From a virus: DNA of 64,000 nucleotides. The notes under the pieces were generated by a model that made no database searches, had not been told where the DNA came from, and worked only from the letters and a program-made list of their open reading frames with translations. Each line of letters opens with the position of its first letter. Position 1 is the stretch's first letter. The stretch lies in IMG/VR virus record IMGVR_UViG_3300028030_000011, positions 1-64,000 of that record; one strand, given 5' to 3'. Position numbers and translations under genes: made by a program. Of this stretch, positions 39,755-49,271 are shown piece after piece.

Positions 39755-41184
39755 TATTTTATCCCTTTTATAATATCTTCCAATTTTCTTCTATCTTTCT
39801 TATCTAAATCCATTTTATTCATAGCATCATTTATTTTTTTGATATTTTTTTCTCTATCTCTTATTCCTTTTTCCTGCTTTTTTAAATTGGCTACTTTTTC
39901 AGAAGTTTTCATATTTTTATAATCATATATTGCATTAGCAACGATTCCTTTATCATCAGGCGTATTTGCACCAAGAAGTTTCATTATTTGAGCTATGTTT
40001 GGTTTTCTATTTTCTTGTTTAAATTGAGGTAAATCTTTTGTATTTTTAATGGCATTTTTCACGTATGCTTCATAATCTTTATCAGCTTCATCTCTATATA
40101 ACGCTTCAATTTCATTTTTCATAGACCATTGTGTTTGAAATTTATTTGTTGTTACAACTTTACCTTTTCTCATTTTATCTATTTTATTTTTTAGGAATTT
40201 ATTCTTTGGTAAAATAACTTTATTATCAACAAGCCATTTCTGTCTCTCTTTATATGATGTAGGAACATTAGTTTCAACTCCATGAGTGTATAGTAGTTTT
40301 GCTAAACCAGCTATTGAATCAGCTTTAGCCTTTCTGTCGCCTTTACTATTTTTATTATTGATATTCATATCTTTATTATATTGAAGCATCCCATCAGTAA
40401 AAGGTTGAGAATCTTTTGGTTTAACAGTACCATTACTATTTGTGATAACATCTTTTGAGGTGAATCCATATTTTAAATAACTTCCTGAACGAGATAAAGC
40501 ATTTAGTCTACTATTAATATCTTCACTCTTTGCACCTAACTCTTCTCTCAATTTAAGTGCTTCTTCTCCTGTAACCTCTCCATTTTCATAAGCTATTTTA
40601 GCTCTATTTGTTCTTTCAATAACATCCTTTAATTCATTTTTTAATTGCAATTCTTCTGCTAAATTATCAGCTTGTTTACTTTTAATAGGAAGTATTTTAT
40701 CACTTAGTTTACGTTCATTACTTTTTATTATTGATTTATCAGAAGAGTAATTTGCTTCATTCTGTTTAATCTCAACATCTAAAGGATTTGTTTTTTCAAG
40801 TTGATTATATTTTTGAATCCCTGTATATAATTTATTTTTTTTGATTCTAACATCTAAAGGATTTGTCAATTCTGCTTGGTCTATTATTTGCCTCTCCCTC
40901 TCAGCTTTTAACGCATCCATTTTAGCTTTAGCAATTCTAGCATCATTATTAATTGAGAATTGCAACAATGACTTTCTGTCAACTTGACCATTTACGTTAA
41001 CATGTTTACCTGCTCTTATTTGCTCCATTGCATCAATAGTATTTGACTCTATCTCTCTATCATATATATCTTTTAGTGTAGAACTTACACCTGCTGTTGC
41101 TTTAGTAAATTGATTTATAGCACCTGTTATATCACTTCTGACATTGCTATTAACATTGCTCCATCTTATTGGATTTCTAGGCAT
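39754..41184 (-). CDS. Internal virion protein (N4 gp51 position)
   Basis: PIRWSNVN N-terminus, no Cys seen, coupled to vRNAP; promoter TGTTATAAT at about 41214-41222. Confidence 0.55.
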   Translation of the reverse strand: MPRNPIRWSNVNSNVRSDITGAINQFTKATAGVSSTLKDIYDREIESNTIDAMEQIRAGKHVNVNGQVDRKSLLQFSINNDARIAKAKMDALKAERERQIIDQAELTNPLDVRIKKNKLYTGIQKYNQLEKTNPLDVEIKQNEANYSSDKSIIKSNERKLSDKILPIKSKQADNLAEELQLKNELKDVIERTNRAKIAYENGEVTGEEALKLREELGAKSEDINSRLNALSRSGSYLKYGFTSKDVITNSNGTVKPKDSQPFTDGMLQYNKDMNINNKNSKGDRKAKADSIAGLAKLLYTHGVETNVPTSYKERQKWLVDNKVILPKNKFLKNKIDKMRKGKVVTTNKFQTQWSMKNEIEALYRDEADKDYEAYVKNAIKNTKDLPQFKQENRKPNIAQIMKLLGANTPDDKGIVANAIYDYKNMKTSEKVANLKKQEKGIRDREKNIKKINDAMNKMDLDKKDRRKLEDIIKGIK

Positions 41185-41258
41185 AACACATCCTTTAATG
41201 CTTAATTATTATCATTATAACACAAAGCTTCTATGATAATAAAAATAGCTATAATTTT

Positions 41259-41330
41259 AAGTCATATAGTAATAATTGTAGTGATATTTTTCCCTTTTTT
41301 AATAACTACAAAAATATTACTGTATGGCTT
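41259..41330 (+). ncRNA. Long hairpin with CU-rich loop after a TATAAT promoter (candidate sRNA)
   Basis: AAGTCATATAGTAATA/TATTACTGTATGGCTT stem, loop TTTTTCCCTTTTTT. Confidence 0.4.
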
Positions 41331-41384
41331 CTAATATTTTTTATGGTAATATGTAAATTAAATATATAAAAAGGTTATACAAAA

Positions 41385-41870
41385 ATGACAAGAGAAGATA
41401 TAGAAAGAGAGCTGCAATCGTTATCATGGAATAAATTGAAAACTTATTGTAAAGACAATAACTTAGATATAAAAGGTCTTAAAAAAGAAGAGGTTATAAA
41501 TCTAGCAGTAAGAAAAAGACTTGCTGATGTAGAAACATTAAATTCTGATAAAGCTACTGATATAGATGATGACAATCTGACTCCACTTCAAAATATGACT
41601 TTAATGAAAACTGCTACTATTCAAAATCTAAATCCTTCTGATGCAAAATTACCATCAAAAGTAGTAACTGTTGGTAATATGGAATATGGATTCCCATTAC
41701 CAAGTTATGTTGTTCAATTTGGTATGAAGCAGAGACTACCAAATGGTATTATTAAATATCTACAAAAACAAGAATACAGAAGTTCTAAAAGTGTAAGAAA
41801 TAAACAAGGTGTACCTGTTACTGTTAATGTCATGAATCCATATTATCAAGTAATAATCCACCCTGAATAA
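41385..41870 (+). CDS. N4 gp55-like protein
   Basis: TIQNLNPSDAKLP..VTVGN motif; synteny. Confidence 0.55.
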   Translation: MTREDIERELQSLSWNKLKTYCKDNNLDIKGLKKEEVINLAVRKRLADVETLNSDKATDIDDDNLTPLQNMTLMKTATIQNLNPSDAKLPSKVVTVGNMEYGFPLPSYVVQFGMKQRLPNGIIKYLQKQEYRSSKSVRNKQGVPVTVNVMNPYYQVIIHPE

Positions 41871-41884
41871 TAAGGATATAACTA

Positions 41885-42925
41885 ATGGCAGCGAATCAAG
41901 ATGTAGTTGACACGTATAATGCTCTATTGGACGCAATAGATAGCAGGACTCTTACATGGTTAAATGATAAGATTATTGACAAGAAAAAAAGAGTTGAAAT
42001 TATATCTGCTCATTTTGCACCATTTGCAACAGAAGCTTTTACATGGCAAAAAACAAAAGCTGAAATAAGTAGTATTGACTATGAAACAAATACTATTTTA
42101 CCACTTACTGCTACAAAACTTCAATTAGAATCAAAATTAATTAAATGTCAAGGTGATACATGTTGTTATGAACTAGAACATCTTCTTCCTGAACAAGTGA
42201 ATAAAGTGTTAGCAGAAATATCACAAATAGAATGTGCAACTTCTAAATGTACTTATGAAGTGGAACATTTACTACCTTCACAGAAGAGTAAAATAGAGTG
42301 TGAAACATCTTTATGTGGTATACAGGGTTCTGAATTACAATTAAATGGTACTAGCAATAGAGCATTGAATACAATTAAAGGTGAACTGTACACTAGGCAA
42401 AAAGAAGGGTTTACTGATAAGCAACAGCAAGAAATGCTATCTAAACTTATTGATATATGGACTATTACTGTATCACAAGAGATTAGTAGTGAAGATGCAC
42501 AGATGAACCTAACAAAGAGAGATTACAGTAGTGGTGAAATCTCAGAAGTAGAATGTGCAATAAATAGTGTTGCTCAAACAATTGATGCTTTAACATGTGT
42601 AAATGGTGCTTCTGGTGTATTAGCAATAACAAGCTATCCACAAGAGGCAGGTACATTAAAACTATTAAAAATGGAATTTACAGAGGGAACAGGATTAATA
42701 CTACATGGTAGAGGAGTAGTTGGATATAAAGCTAGATTCTTCTTCATGGTTGATGATGAACAAGATGTTACTCTTGCTAATATTAGTAATTCAGGTGGTG
42801 GATTTAAAATTGTAGTAGATGGTGTACTTGGTTCAAAAATAAAAAAATATGATTTATACACAGTTAAAGAGTATGATGACTCTGGAACATATACAGGCAA
42901 TCAAATTAATGGCGTAATTGGATAA
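41885..42925 (+). CDS. N4 gp54-like structural protein
   Basis: KGELYTRQKEGF..KLIDIWTIT motif; internal ELEHLLP repeats. Confidence 0.55.
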   Translation: MAANQDVVDTYNALLDAIDSRTLTWLNDKIIDKKKRVEIISAHFAPFATEAFTWQKTKAEISSIDYETNTILPLTATKLQLESKLIKCQGDTCCYELEHLLPEQVNKVLAEISQIECATSKCTYEVEHLLPSQKSKIECETSLCGIQGSELQLNGTSNRALNTIKGELYTRQKEGFTDKQQQEMLSKLIDIWTITVSQEISSEDAQMNLTKRDYSSGEISEVECAINSVAQTIDALTCVNGASGVLAITSYPQEAGTLKLLKMEFTEGTGLILHGRGVVGYKARFFFMVDDEQDVTLANISNSGGGFKIVVDGVLGSKIKKYDLYTVKEYDDSGTYTGNQINGVIG

Positions 42926-42927
42926 TC

Positions 42928-45378
42928 ATGGGTTGTTGTACTGCTATTGAAAATTTCTTTAAAGACCCTATAGGCTCAATAGAAGACTTCTTTGATGGAG
43001 AGGATATCCAATCCGTTGGCGTATCAATGCAACCTATAATGCCATTAGATACAATAGAAGCTAATGCCATGATGAATCTAAGAAAAAAAGCTAAAGCATA
43101 TAATACATCAATTGCAAAACAATTGATAGAAGAGTATACAACAGGGAGATTCTTTCATATAACTGATACAATACGATACCTAAGAAAAGGTAATGGATTG
43201 GATGGAGAAGCAAAATTTAAAGTACTTGGAGATACAGGTGACTATAGAAACTTCTTGTTATCTCAATTAGCATTAGAATCAGGTGTAGTAGGTGCTACTT
43301 CAAATGATGTATATATAAACAGTTATAGTGATACAGAAGTACCATCAATGGATTGTATAGCATATAAATATTTATATGACAATGGTGCTATTTATGGTTC
43401 ATGGAATAATGATAATATATTCACGTTTGACTCACATATTGATATAAATTCCATTGATTTTCTACAAAGTGAACCACAGATACAACAGACAACAAATGTT
43501 GATACTAGTGGTTCATCAAATGAGATTATGTTCAATACACCAAAAGATTTAAAGGTAGTAAATATATGGGCTATGAATAAAAAGAGACAAGATATGATAA
43601 ATGATGTATTGTGTGGTGAAGGAGAGAATCCTATACTTAATCAATGTGATTATACTCTAGAACCACCTAATGACAATCTACATGTTATAGTATTGGAACT
43701 AGAAGACCCATTAACAAATGATATATACTATTATGAGCTTAGAGAACTTTCATTAGATATAGATAATCTAAATATGATAATTGTACACTATGGGGTAACT
43801 GGTTCAGATTGCTGCTATTTCTACACATACCAATTGGGTTCAGATGTACATAGTGAGCTTGAAAATGTAACAGAACAGACTATTGATAATTCATATAGTA
43901 CATTTACATTGTTTCCAATAATATGTCTCAAATATAATGGCGAATATGTTGCAGATATGAAAGATACAAATTATGATAGATATATTGATACTAAAACATT
44001 ATGTAGGAAAATTGGTTATCCATTAAAATATTTAGATGCAATTATAAAAGAGAGAGGTACTACTCCTGCAGAGCAACAACAAGCTGACGATAGTCACTCT
44101 CAAACAAAAGATACATTTATAGAATATGGACTAAACATTGATAGAGATTCACATAGCAATTATAAAGCTCTATGGTATACAGCTAAGATGATAAAAGAGC
44201 ATACAACTTCAAAAACTGTATTTACAAATGATGGTCAATCTGATTCAACATACTCATTCTCAATAAGCTATGACGAGAATACAACATCAAGATACAATAA
44301 GAATATACGTATAGGAAACATAAATACCTCTACTCATTCAGGAGTATATACAGTTAGAAAATATGATGCAATAAATGGAGTAACACTATTTGAACCACTT
44401 CCCCCCCACAAATATTTAAAAGAAAAATATTTAATAGAAGAGGGGTCTGAACTTTTGGCAGATGGTTCAAATGGAGAGATGCAATATCAAATACGTCTTA
44501 ATACTAAAAGTCACTATTCAGATTACAAATCAGTACTTAGACTTGTGTATCAAGGTGAAAATGAATATACAATATATGATATTGAGTCATTAGCTACGCA
44601 TTCAACTGTTGTTGATGGAGGGAATGCAAAAGGTGCTGCATATAATATGTTTGATTCATTTTCGTTTAGTGATAGTCAAGGAACAAATGTAACATTACCA
44701 TTATTTGCTGAAATAGTGAACCATTTCAATTATTCTGAACAGTATGCATTATATGGTGAATCAATACATATCATAAACTTTGCTTCTGTAACAACTCATC
44801 TATCATGGTATGAAACAGGATTCTTTTTTAAGCTAGTACAAGTAGTTCTTATTGTTGTAGCAGTAGTTATATTGATTGCTACACTTGGTACAGGTGCAGG
44901 GTTCTCTGCATATCTTTTAGCTATTGCATCAGGACTTGCATCAGGTATGGCTATAAGGTATATGCTATATCATGTATCTAGTCCTTGGCTAAAAGCAATT
45001 CTAATAATTGCATATGTAGCTCTAATGGCTGAGACAGGAAATGTATCAGATATTGATGATACTCTAATGTTGTTAGCATCTACATCAGCAGACTCAATAA
45101 ATATACATTATCAACAGGAAATGAAAAGAGAAAGAGAATCATTTGATAAATTTAGACAATCTCTAAACTCAAAATTATCTGAACTTGAAGAGAAGCAAAA
45201 ACAGTTTATAGAACCAAATGTAATTGGTGAAGAAATTGTAATTGAGACACCTGACCAATTCTATGATAGGGTTTTAAATAACGATATAATAGAATTAGTT
45301 GATTCAATGTATAATAGCTTTGTATCAAGTGATTTAGACTCATACTTAGATACAGATAACCTATATTTAAAAAAATAA
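42928..45378 (+). CDS. N4 gp53-like structural protein with C-terminal TM segments
   Basis: SWYETGFFFKLVQVVLIVVAVV motif; size; synteny. Confidence 0.6.
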   Translation: MGCCTAIENFFKDPIGSIEDFFDGEDIQSVGVSMQPIMPLDTIEANAMMNLRKKAKAYNTSIAKQLIEEYTTGRFFHITDTIRYLRKGNGLDGEAKFKVLGDTGDYRNFLLSQLALESGVVGATSNDVYINSYSDTEVPSMDCIAYKYLYDNGAIYGSWNNDNIFTFDSHIDINSIDFLQSEPQIQQTTNVDTSGSSNEIMFNTPKDLKVVNIWAMNKKRQDMINDVLCGEGENPILNQCDYTLEPPNDNLHVIVLELEDPLTNDIYYYELRELSLDIDNLNMIIVHYGVTGSDCCYFYTYQLGSDVHSELENVTEQTIDNSYSTFTLFPIICLKYNGEYVADMKDTNYDRYIDTKTLCRKIGYPLKYLDAIIKERGTTPAEQQQADDSHSQTKDTFIEYGLNIDRDSHSNYKALWYTAKMIKEHTTSKTVFTNDGQSDSTYSFSISYDENTTSRYNKNIRIGNINTSTHSGVYTVRKYDAINGVTLFEPLPPHKYLKEKYLIEEGSELLADGSNGEMQYQIRLNTKSHYSDYKSVLRLVYQGENEYTIYDIESLATHSTVVDGGNAKGAAYNMFDSFSFSDSQGTNVTLPLFAEIVNHFNYSEQYALYGESIHIINFASVTTHLSWYETGFFFKLVQVVLIVVAVVILIATLGTGAGFSAYLLAIASGLASGMAIRYMLYHVSSPWLKAILIIAYVALMAETGNVSDIDDTLMLLASTSADSINIHYQQEMKRERESFDKFRQSLNSKLSELEEKQKQFIEPNVIGEEIVIETPDQFYDRVLNNDIIELVDSMYNSFVSSDLDSYLDTDNLYLKK

Positions 45379-45395
45379 GAAAAGGAGCAAACAAA

Positions 45396-45836
45396 ATGAC
45401 ATACGAAGAATATATGATGCTAAATAAGAATATTAATAGTTCTATGCCTCAAACTTTTGGAGATGCTTTAACTAATAGCGATTTAAAACAAAATCCTGTA
45501 GCACTATATGGTGGAACACAAAACAATGGTAGTTGGTTCAAAGGTATGTTCAAAGATTGGAATATGCAAAATACTATGGATACAGCAAACCTAGCACTTG
45601 GTGGGTTTAATTCATGGATGGCTTATAAAAACTATAGAGAACAACGAAAGAATAATGCTTTCAATAGAAAACTTGGTAGAGCAAACTATAAGAACCAAGC
45701 TAAATCATATAACTTACAAGTTGAAGATAGAGCTAGATACAGACAAGCATTCAGAGGAAACAATAGTGATGCTATTAATTCATATTTGCAAAATAATCAA
45801 GAATATAGAAGACGTTTAGTTGATGAAACATTTTAG
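45396..45836 (+). CDS. N4 gp52-like small virion protein
   Basis: ALGGFNSWMAY..NYKNQAKSYNLQVEDRAR. Confidence 0.6.
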   Translation: MTYEEYMMLNKNINSSMPQTFGDALTNSDLKQNPVALYGGTQNNGSWFKGMFKDWNMQNTMDTANLALGGFNSWMAYKNYREQRKNNAFNRKLGRANYKNQAKSYNLQVEDRARYRQAFRGNNSDAINSYLQNNQEYRRRLVDETF

Positions 45837-45842
45837 AAAGAA

Positions 45843-46229
45843 TTGATAATGTTAAGAAAAATAACAAAGCAAGAATATCTATTCTTCTACAAAAAGAAAC
45901 AAAGTAAAAGTGATTTAGATTTAAGTGATTATATTGACATATTAAAGTATTCTGATTCATACTACGCACTTAACAACAATGCTTTCGTAGGTGTTGAGTA
46001 TCTTAAAAATGGAGTTGTGAGAATAAACGGTTTATTCTCTCTTGAACCAAGCAGAGGACGTGATTTACTAAATACAATGATTGAAAACTTGGAGTCACTT
46101 GGCAAGACTGCTATAGTACTAGATTGTACTAAAGAGTTAAAAGATAAGTATTATACTAAGCATTGGGGGTTCTATAATGCATGGTATTTATCATCTATTA
46201 ACTATTATGAGTTAGTATTATTCTTGTAA
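45843..46229 (+). CDS. GNAT-like acetyltransferase
   Basis: RINGLFSLEPSRGRDLL..IVLDC..YYTKHWGF. Confidence 0.55.
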   Translation: MIMLRKITKQEYLFFYKKKQSKSDLDLSDYIDILKYSDSYYALNNNAFVGVEYLKNGVVRINGLFSLEPSRGRDLLNTMIENLESLGKTAIVLDCTKELKDKYYTKHWGFYNAWYLSSINYYELVLFL

Positions 46230-46252
46230 AACTTATATAAAAAAGGAATAAC

Positions 46253-48100
46253 ATGATTACAAGTAAAAAATATTTCAATCCAGATGGTTGTGAAATTCTC
46301 AATGAGAGAATATTTGCATCAACCCAAAATAATACAGGCTTTGTAGATTTCAATAGAAGCAAGTATCAATGGGATAGTGATGTGTATGACCTAATGAATG
46401 CCAATACATGGTTTAACTAAAAATAGACCAGTTTAAACACATTGAATTGCTGGGAAGCCTAAGTTGGTTCAAAGTGAAGTTAATCTATAATAAGAGAAAT
46501 ATTACAAGGAATCAATATGGTAATCAGCAGGGAAGCAGAGTATAACGAAACAAATGAAGTTTTTAAACAGATAGGTACTACGATTTATTCTGTTAGTACA
46601 CATGGAAGGGTAAGGAACGACAAAAGAATGAAATTTTTAACTCCAAGAAATCTTAGAGGATATGCAAGAGTTTCATTGTGGTTCGATGGGAAAGCAAACG
46701 ACAAAAGAATACATAGATTAGTCGCAGAAGCTTTCTTACCTAATCCTGATTGTAAACCAGAAGTAAATCATAAAAATGGTATCAGAAATGATAATCGTTT
46801 ATGTAATCTTGAATGGGTAACACCACAAGAAAATGTAAAACATAAAATGGAAGTTTTGAAACAAGAATCACAACAAGGCGAAAAAAACGCTAATTCAAAA
46901 CTTTCAGAAAGTGATATTATTTCTATACGAAACTCTAAAAAAGATGCTAAATTATTAGCAAAAGAATATGGAGTATCGTTAACACATATCTATCGGATAA
47001 AAGCCAAAAAAATGTGGAGTCATATCTGAACCTTCAACGACTATCGAAACGGTACTACTATAAGAGATTATAGTAGAAGAACGGAGTAGAGTACACCTAA
47101 GTAGGTGGAAGTGGTGTGGCATATAGAGAAGACTTAATTGAGTTCTTTATGTGTATGATATAGTCTAGCCTATATAGAAATATATAGAAGTTCATAAGAG
47201 AACTGCATAGGATTAACGACCCTATGTGAATATAAGCGTCCATCTGAGGTTAATACATCTAATGAAAAAAAGCAATTTAGTCAACTAACAGAAAATGAAC
47301 AAGCTATTTATAAAATGACATTTGCTCAACTTAGCTTTAATGATTCTGCTCAGGAAGAATACCTTAGTGACTTTAGGCGACTAGCAAATAACCGTTTACT
47401 GAAAGCTGTTATGTCTTTACAGATTACCCAAGAGGTAAACCACTCAAAGAGTTACGCTGTGCTACTTGATGCTTGTGGCAATTCGGAAGAGGTCTTTAAT
47501 CTTTATAAATATGATGATATGCTAAATAGAAAGAATCAACGAATCTCGGAACAATTTGCCAGATATATAAATGGTAATTCTGTTGATAAGATGTTGCTTT
47601 CAGCCATGGCTTCTGTTAATCTTGAAGGTATTTATTTCTTGCTTGGATTTGGATATATCTATACTCTTGGGGAGAAAGTTCAAGGAGCTAGAGATATGAT
47701 AAAATTTATTGCTAGAGATGAACTAAACACGCATCTGCCACTCTTTGCCAATATTTTCAAGACTATACAAAAAGAGAACAAAATTAAAACAAGCACAATA
47801 GATTCAGTTCATAAAATGATAGAAGAAGCTGTTGAAATAGAATTAGAATATGGAGAGTATTTATTAGATACATATCCTATTATGGGTATAACTAAAGAAT
47901 TGATGAGAGATACAGTCTATAATTATGCTAATGATAGACTTGATAAGATAGGACTAAAACCTATATTCAAAGAGAGTCATACTACACATATTCAAAAATT
48001 AGTAACTAAACATTTAAATATAAATGATGTAAAGAGTAACTTCTTTGAATCAAATGTAGCTGGATATGCTAAATCAAGTATTGAATTAGATGACTTTTAA
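46253..48100 (+). CDS. nrdB: Class Ia ribonucleotide reductase beta subunit, spliced: exon 1 46253-46413, exon 2 47239-48100 (340 aa)
   Basis: Joining TGG TT|T CCA restores NTWFPSEV; FNDSAQ, EVNHSKSY, LEGIYF, RDE, NFFE..V..Y motifs. Confidence 0.9.
46414..47238 (+). mobile_element. Group I intron in nrdB
   Basis: P1: exon TGGTT pairs with IGS GACCA (U.G at splice site); P AATTGCTGGGAA, Q AATCAGCAG, R TCAACGACTA, S ATGATATAGTC; ends in G. Confidence 0.9.
46517..47029 (+). CDS. Intron-encoded NUMOD4/HNH homing endonuclease
   Basis: YSVSTHGRVRN, IHRLVAEAFL, VNHKNG.RNDNRLCNLEWVT..EN, C-terminal HTH. Confidence 0.9.
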   Translation: MVISREAEYNETNEVFKQIGTTIYSVSTHGRVRNDKRMKFLTPRNLRGYARVSLWFDGKANDKRIHRLVAEAFLPNPDCKPEVNHKNGIRNDNRLCNLEWVTPQENVKHKMEVLKQESQQGEKNANSKLSESDIISIRNSKKDAKLLAKEYGVSLTHIYRIKAKKMWSHI

Positions 48101-48270
48101 GATATTACAATGTATAATGTATTGAGCCAGTGTACAACTTCTCCCCAGTTAATGCGTTGGCTCATAGATGATATTTTCCTTGTGTGTGTGTTTCATTTTT
48201 TTTCCCACCAAAGAATAAGAACTCCTTTCGATTTTGAAATTTATTTTGAACCACCTAAATGAGTGGTTCA
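48096..48270 (+). ncRNA. Candidate sRNA of about 145 nt with its own promoter and terminator
   Basis: TTTAAG..TGTATAAT promoter; TGAGCCA/TGGCTCA hairpin with TCTCCCC loop; terminator TGAACCAC/GTGGTTCA 48247-48270. Confidence 0.45.
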
Positions 48271-48271
48271 T

Positions 48272-48304
48272 GTAGAGTTAGTGTTTAGCTAACTCCATTT
48301 GATT
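48272..48304 (-). repeat. Cassette repeat R2, partial copy (hairpin GAGTTAG-TGTTTAG-CTAACTC)
   Basis: Matches 49238-49271 and 50106-50139. Confidence 0.85.
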
Positions 48305-48311
48305 GGTTATG

Positions 48312-49076
48312 CTATTTATCAGATAGATACTCTTCTAGTTGTCTTCTCATCTTAGTTTTAAAGTCTTGATTTACACATGGACTTCCTACTTTATTATATT
48401 GATTTATTATGGCTCTAACAGCATCTGGAATATAAGTATAATCTCTAGTAGCTTTTACACCATCTTTTTTAAATGTTTTAGACTTGTAGACTAAACCCAT
48501 ATAGTCATCATTCATTGTTGGTCTAGTTGTTATTTTAATGTCTACAGTCATAACCTCTTTCCACACCAAAGCATCTTTTATATAATCATAAGACTCTTGA
48601 AATCCATAATGTTGAATAAGACCTGTAATAGATGTTGTGCCATCATCATGCAATCTAACTTTATTTGCATCAGCTTCTATTTGAGCTATTTGCTGTTGAG
48701 CTTCTTCTAAGATTAGCATTTCATTTTTTTTAGATTCAAGTCGTATTTCATTTTTAATCCATCTATCACAAGCTACAGCAAAATCAGAAGAAATCCATCT
48801 TGCAAAATGGATTATTAAATCTGGATGAATATATGTTCCACCATACTTTCCTTGAATAGCTTGTTTTAACTCCGTAGATTTTACGGAGTTAAAATTACAT
48901 ACAGACTTCATATATTCTTGTGTATCTTGACTTTTCCAATAATTAGATAAATCTTTACCAAAAGTTTTAGAAACCTCTGTAGCATTTAACCATGCTCCAT
49001 TTTCTAATGCAAATTTAATATTTACATCAACTAAGTCTAATGTAGTGTTTGAGAAATTTTTTAATTGAATTTCCAT
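48312..49076 (-). CDS. Cassette D: KilA-N domain plus shared C-terminal domain
   Basis: WLNATEVSKTFGK..GGTYIHPDL..FARWISSDFAVACD; HDDGTTSITG. Confidence 0.9.
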   Translation of the reverse strand: MEIQLKNFSNTTLDLVDVNIKFALENGAWLNATEVSKTFGKDLSNYWKSQDTQEYMKSVCNFNSVKSTELKQAIQGKYGGTYIHPDLIIHFARWISSDFAVACDRWIKNEIRLESKKNEMLILEEAQQQIAQIEADANKVRLHDDGTTSITGLIQHYGFQESYDYIKDALVWKEVMTVDIKITTRPTMNDDYMGLVYKSKTFKKDGVKATRDYTYIPDAVRAIINQYNKVGSPCVNQDFKTKMRRQLEEYLSDK

Positions 49077-49117
49077 TTAACAGTATTACTTTCATTAATT
49101 TTAAGTGAAGGATTTGG

Positions 49118-49205
49118 AGAGGTTATCAAGCTTTCTAATCCTATTATACACTTAGAGGTTAGCATCTCTACTAACCGACTAGAAGGCTTGATAACCTCTA
49201 AATGT
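49118..49205 (-). ncRNA. Structured antisense leader element D
   Basis: Stem 49148-49161/49192-49205; antisense 49177-49199 versus target 49118-49140 (21/23 identity as inverted repeat). Confidence 0.7.
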
Positions 49206-49209
49206 CTTT

Positions 49210-49271
49210 AAAATTATATCATATAAATCTTTAATGAGTAGAGTTAGTGTTTAGCTAACTCTTGTTTGATT
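49210..49271 (-). repeat. Cassette repeat R2 (terminator hairpin plus promoter), copy 1
   Basis: 62 bp, one mismatch to 50078-50139; minus strand ends TAAAGATTTATATGATATAAT. Confidence 0.95.

Noticed and set aside
47315-48100. Stand-alone truncated 261-aa nrdB or pseudogene
   Set aside because: Explained as part of exon 2 of an intron-split full-length gene
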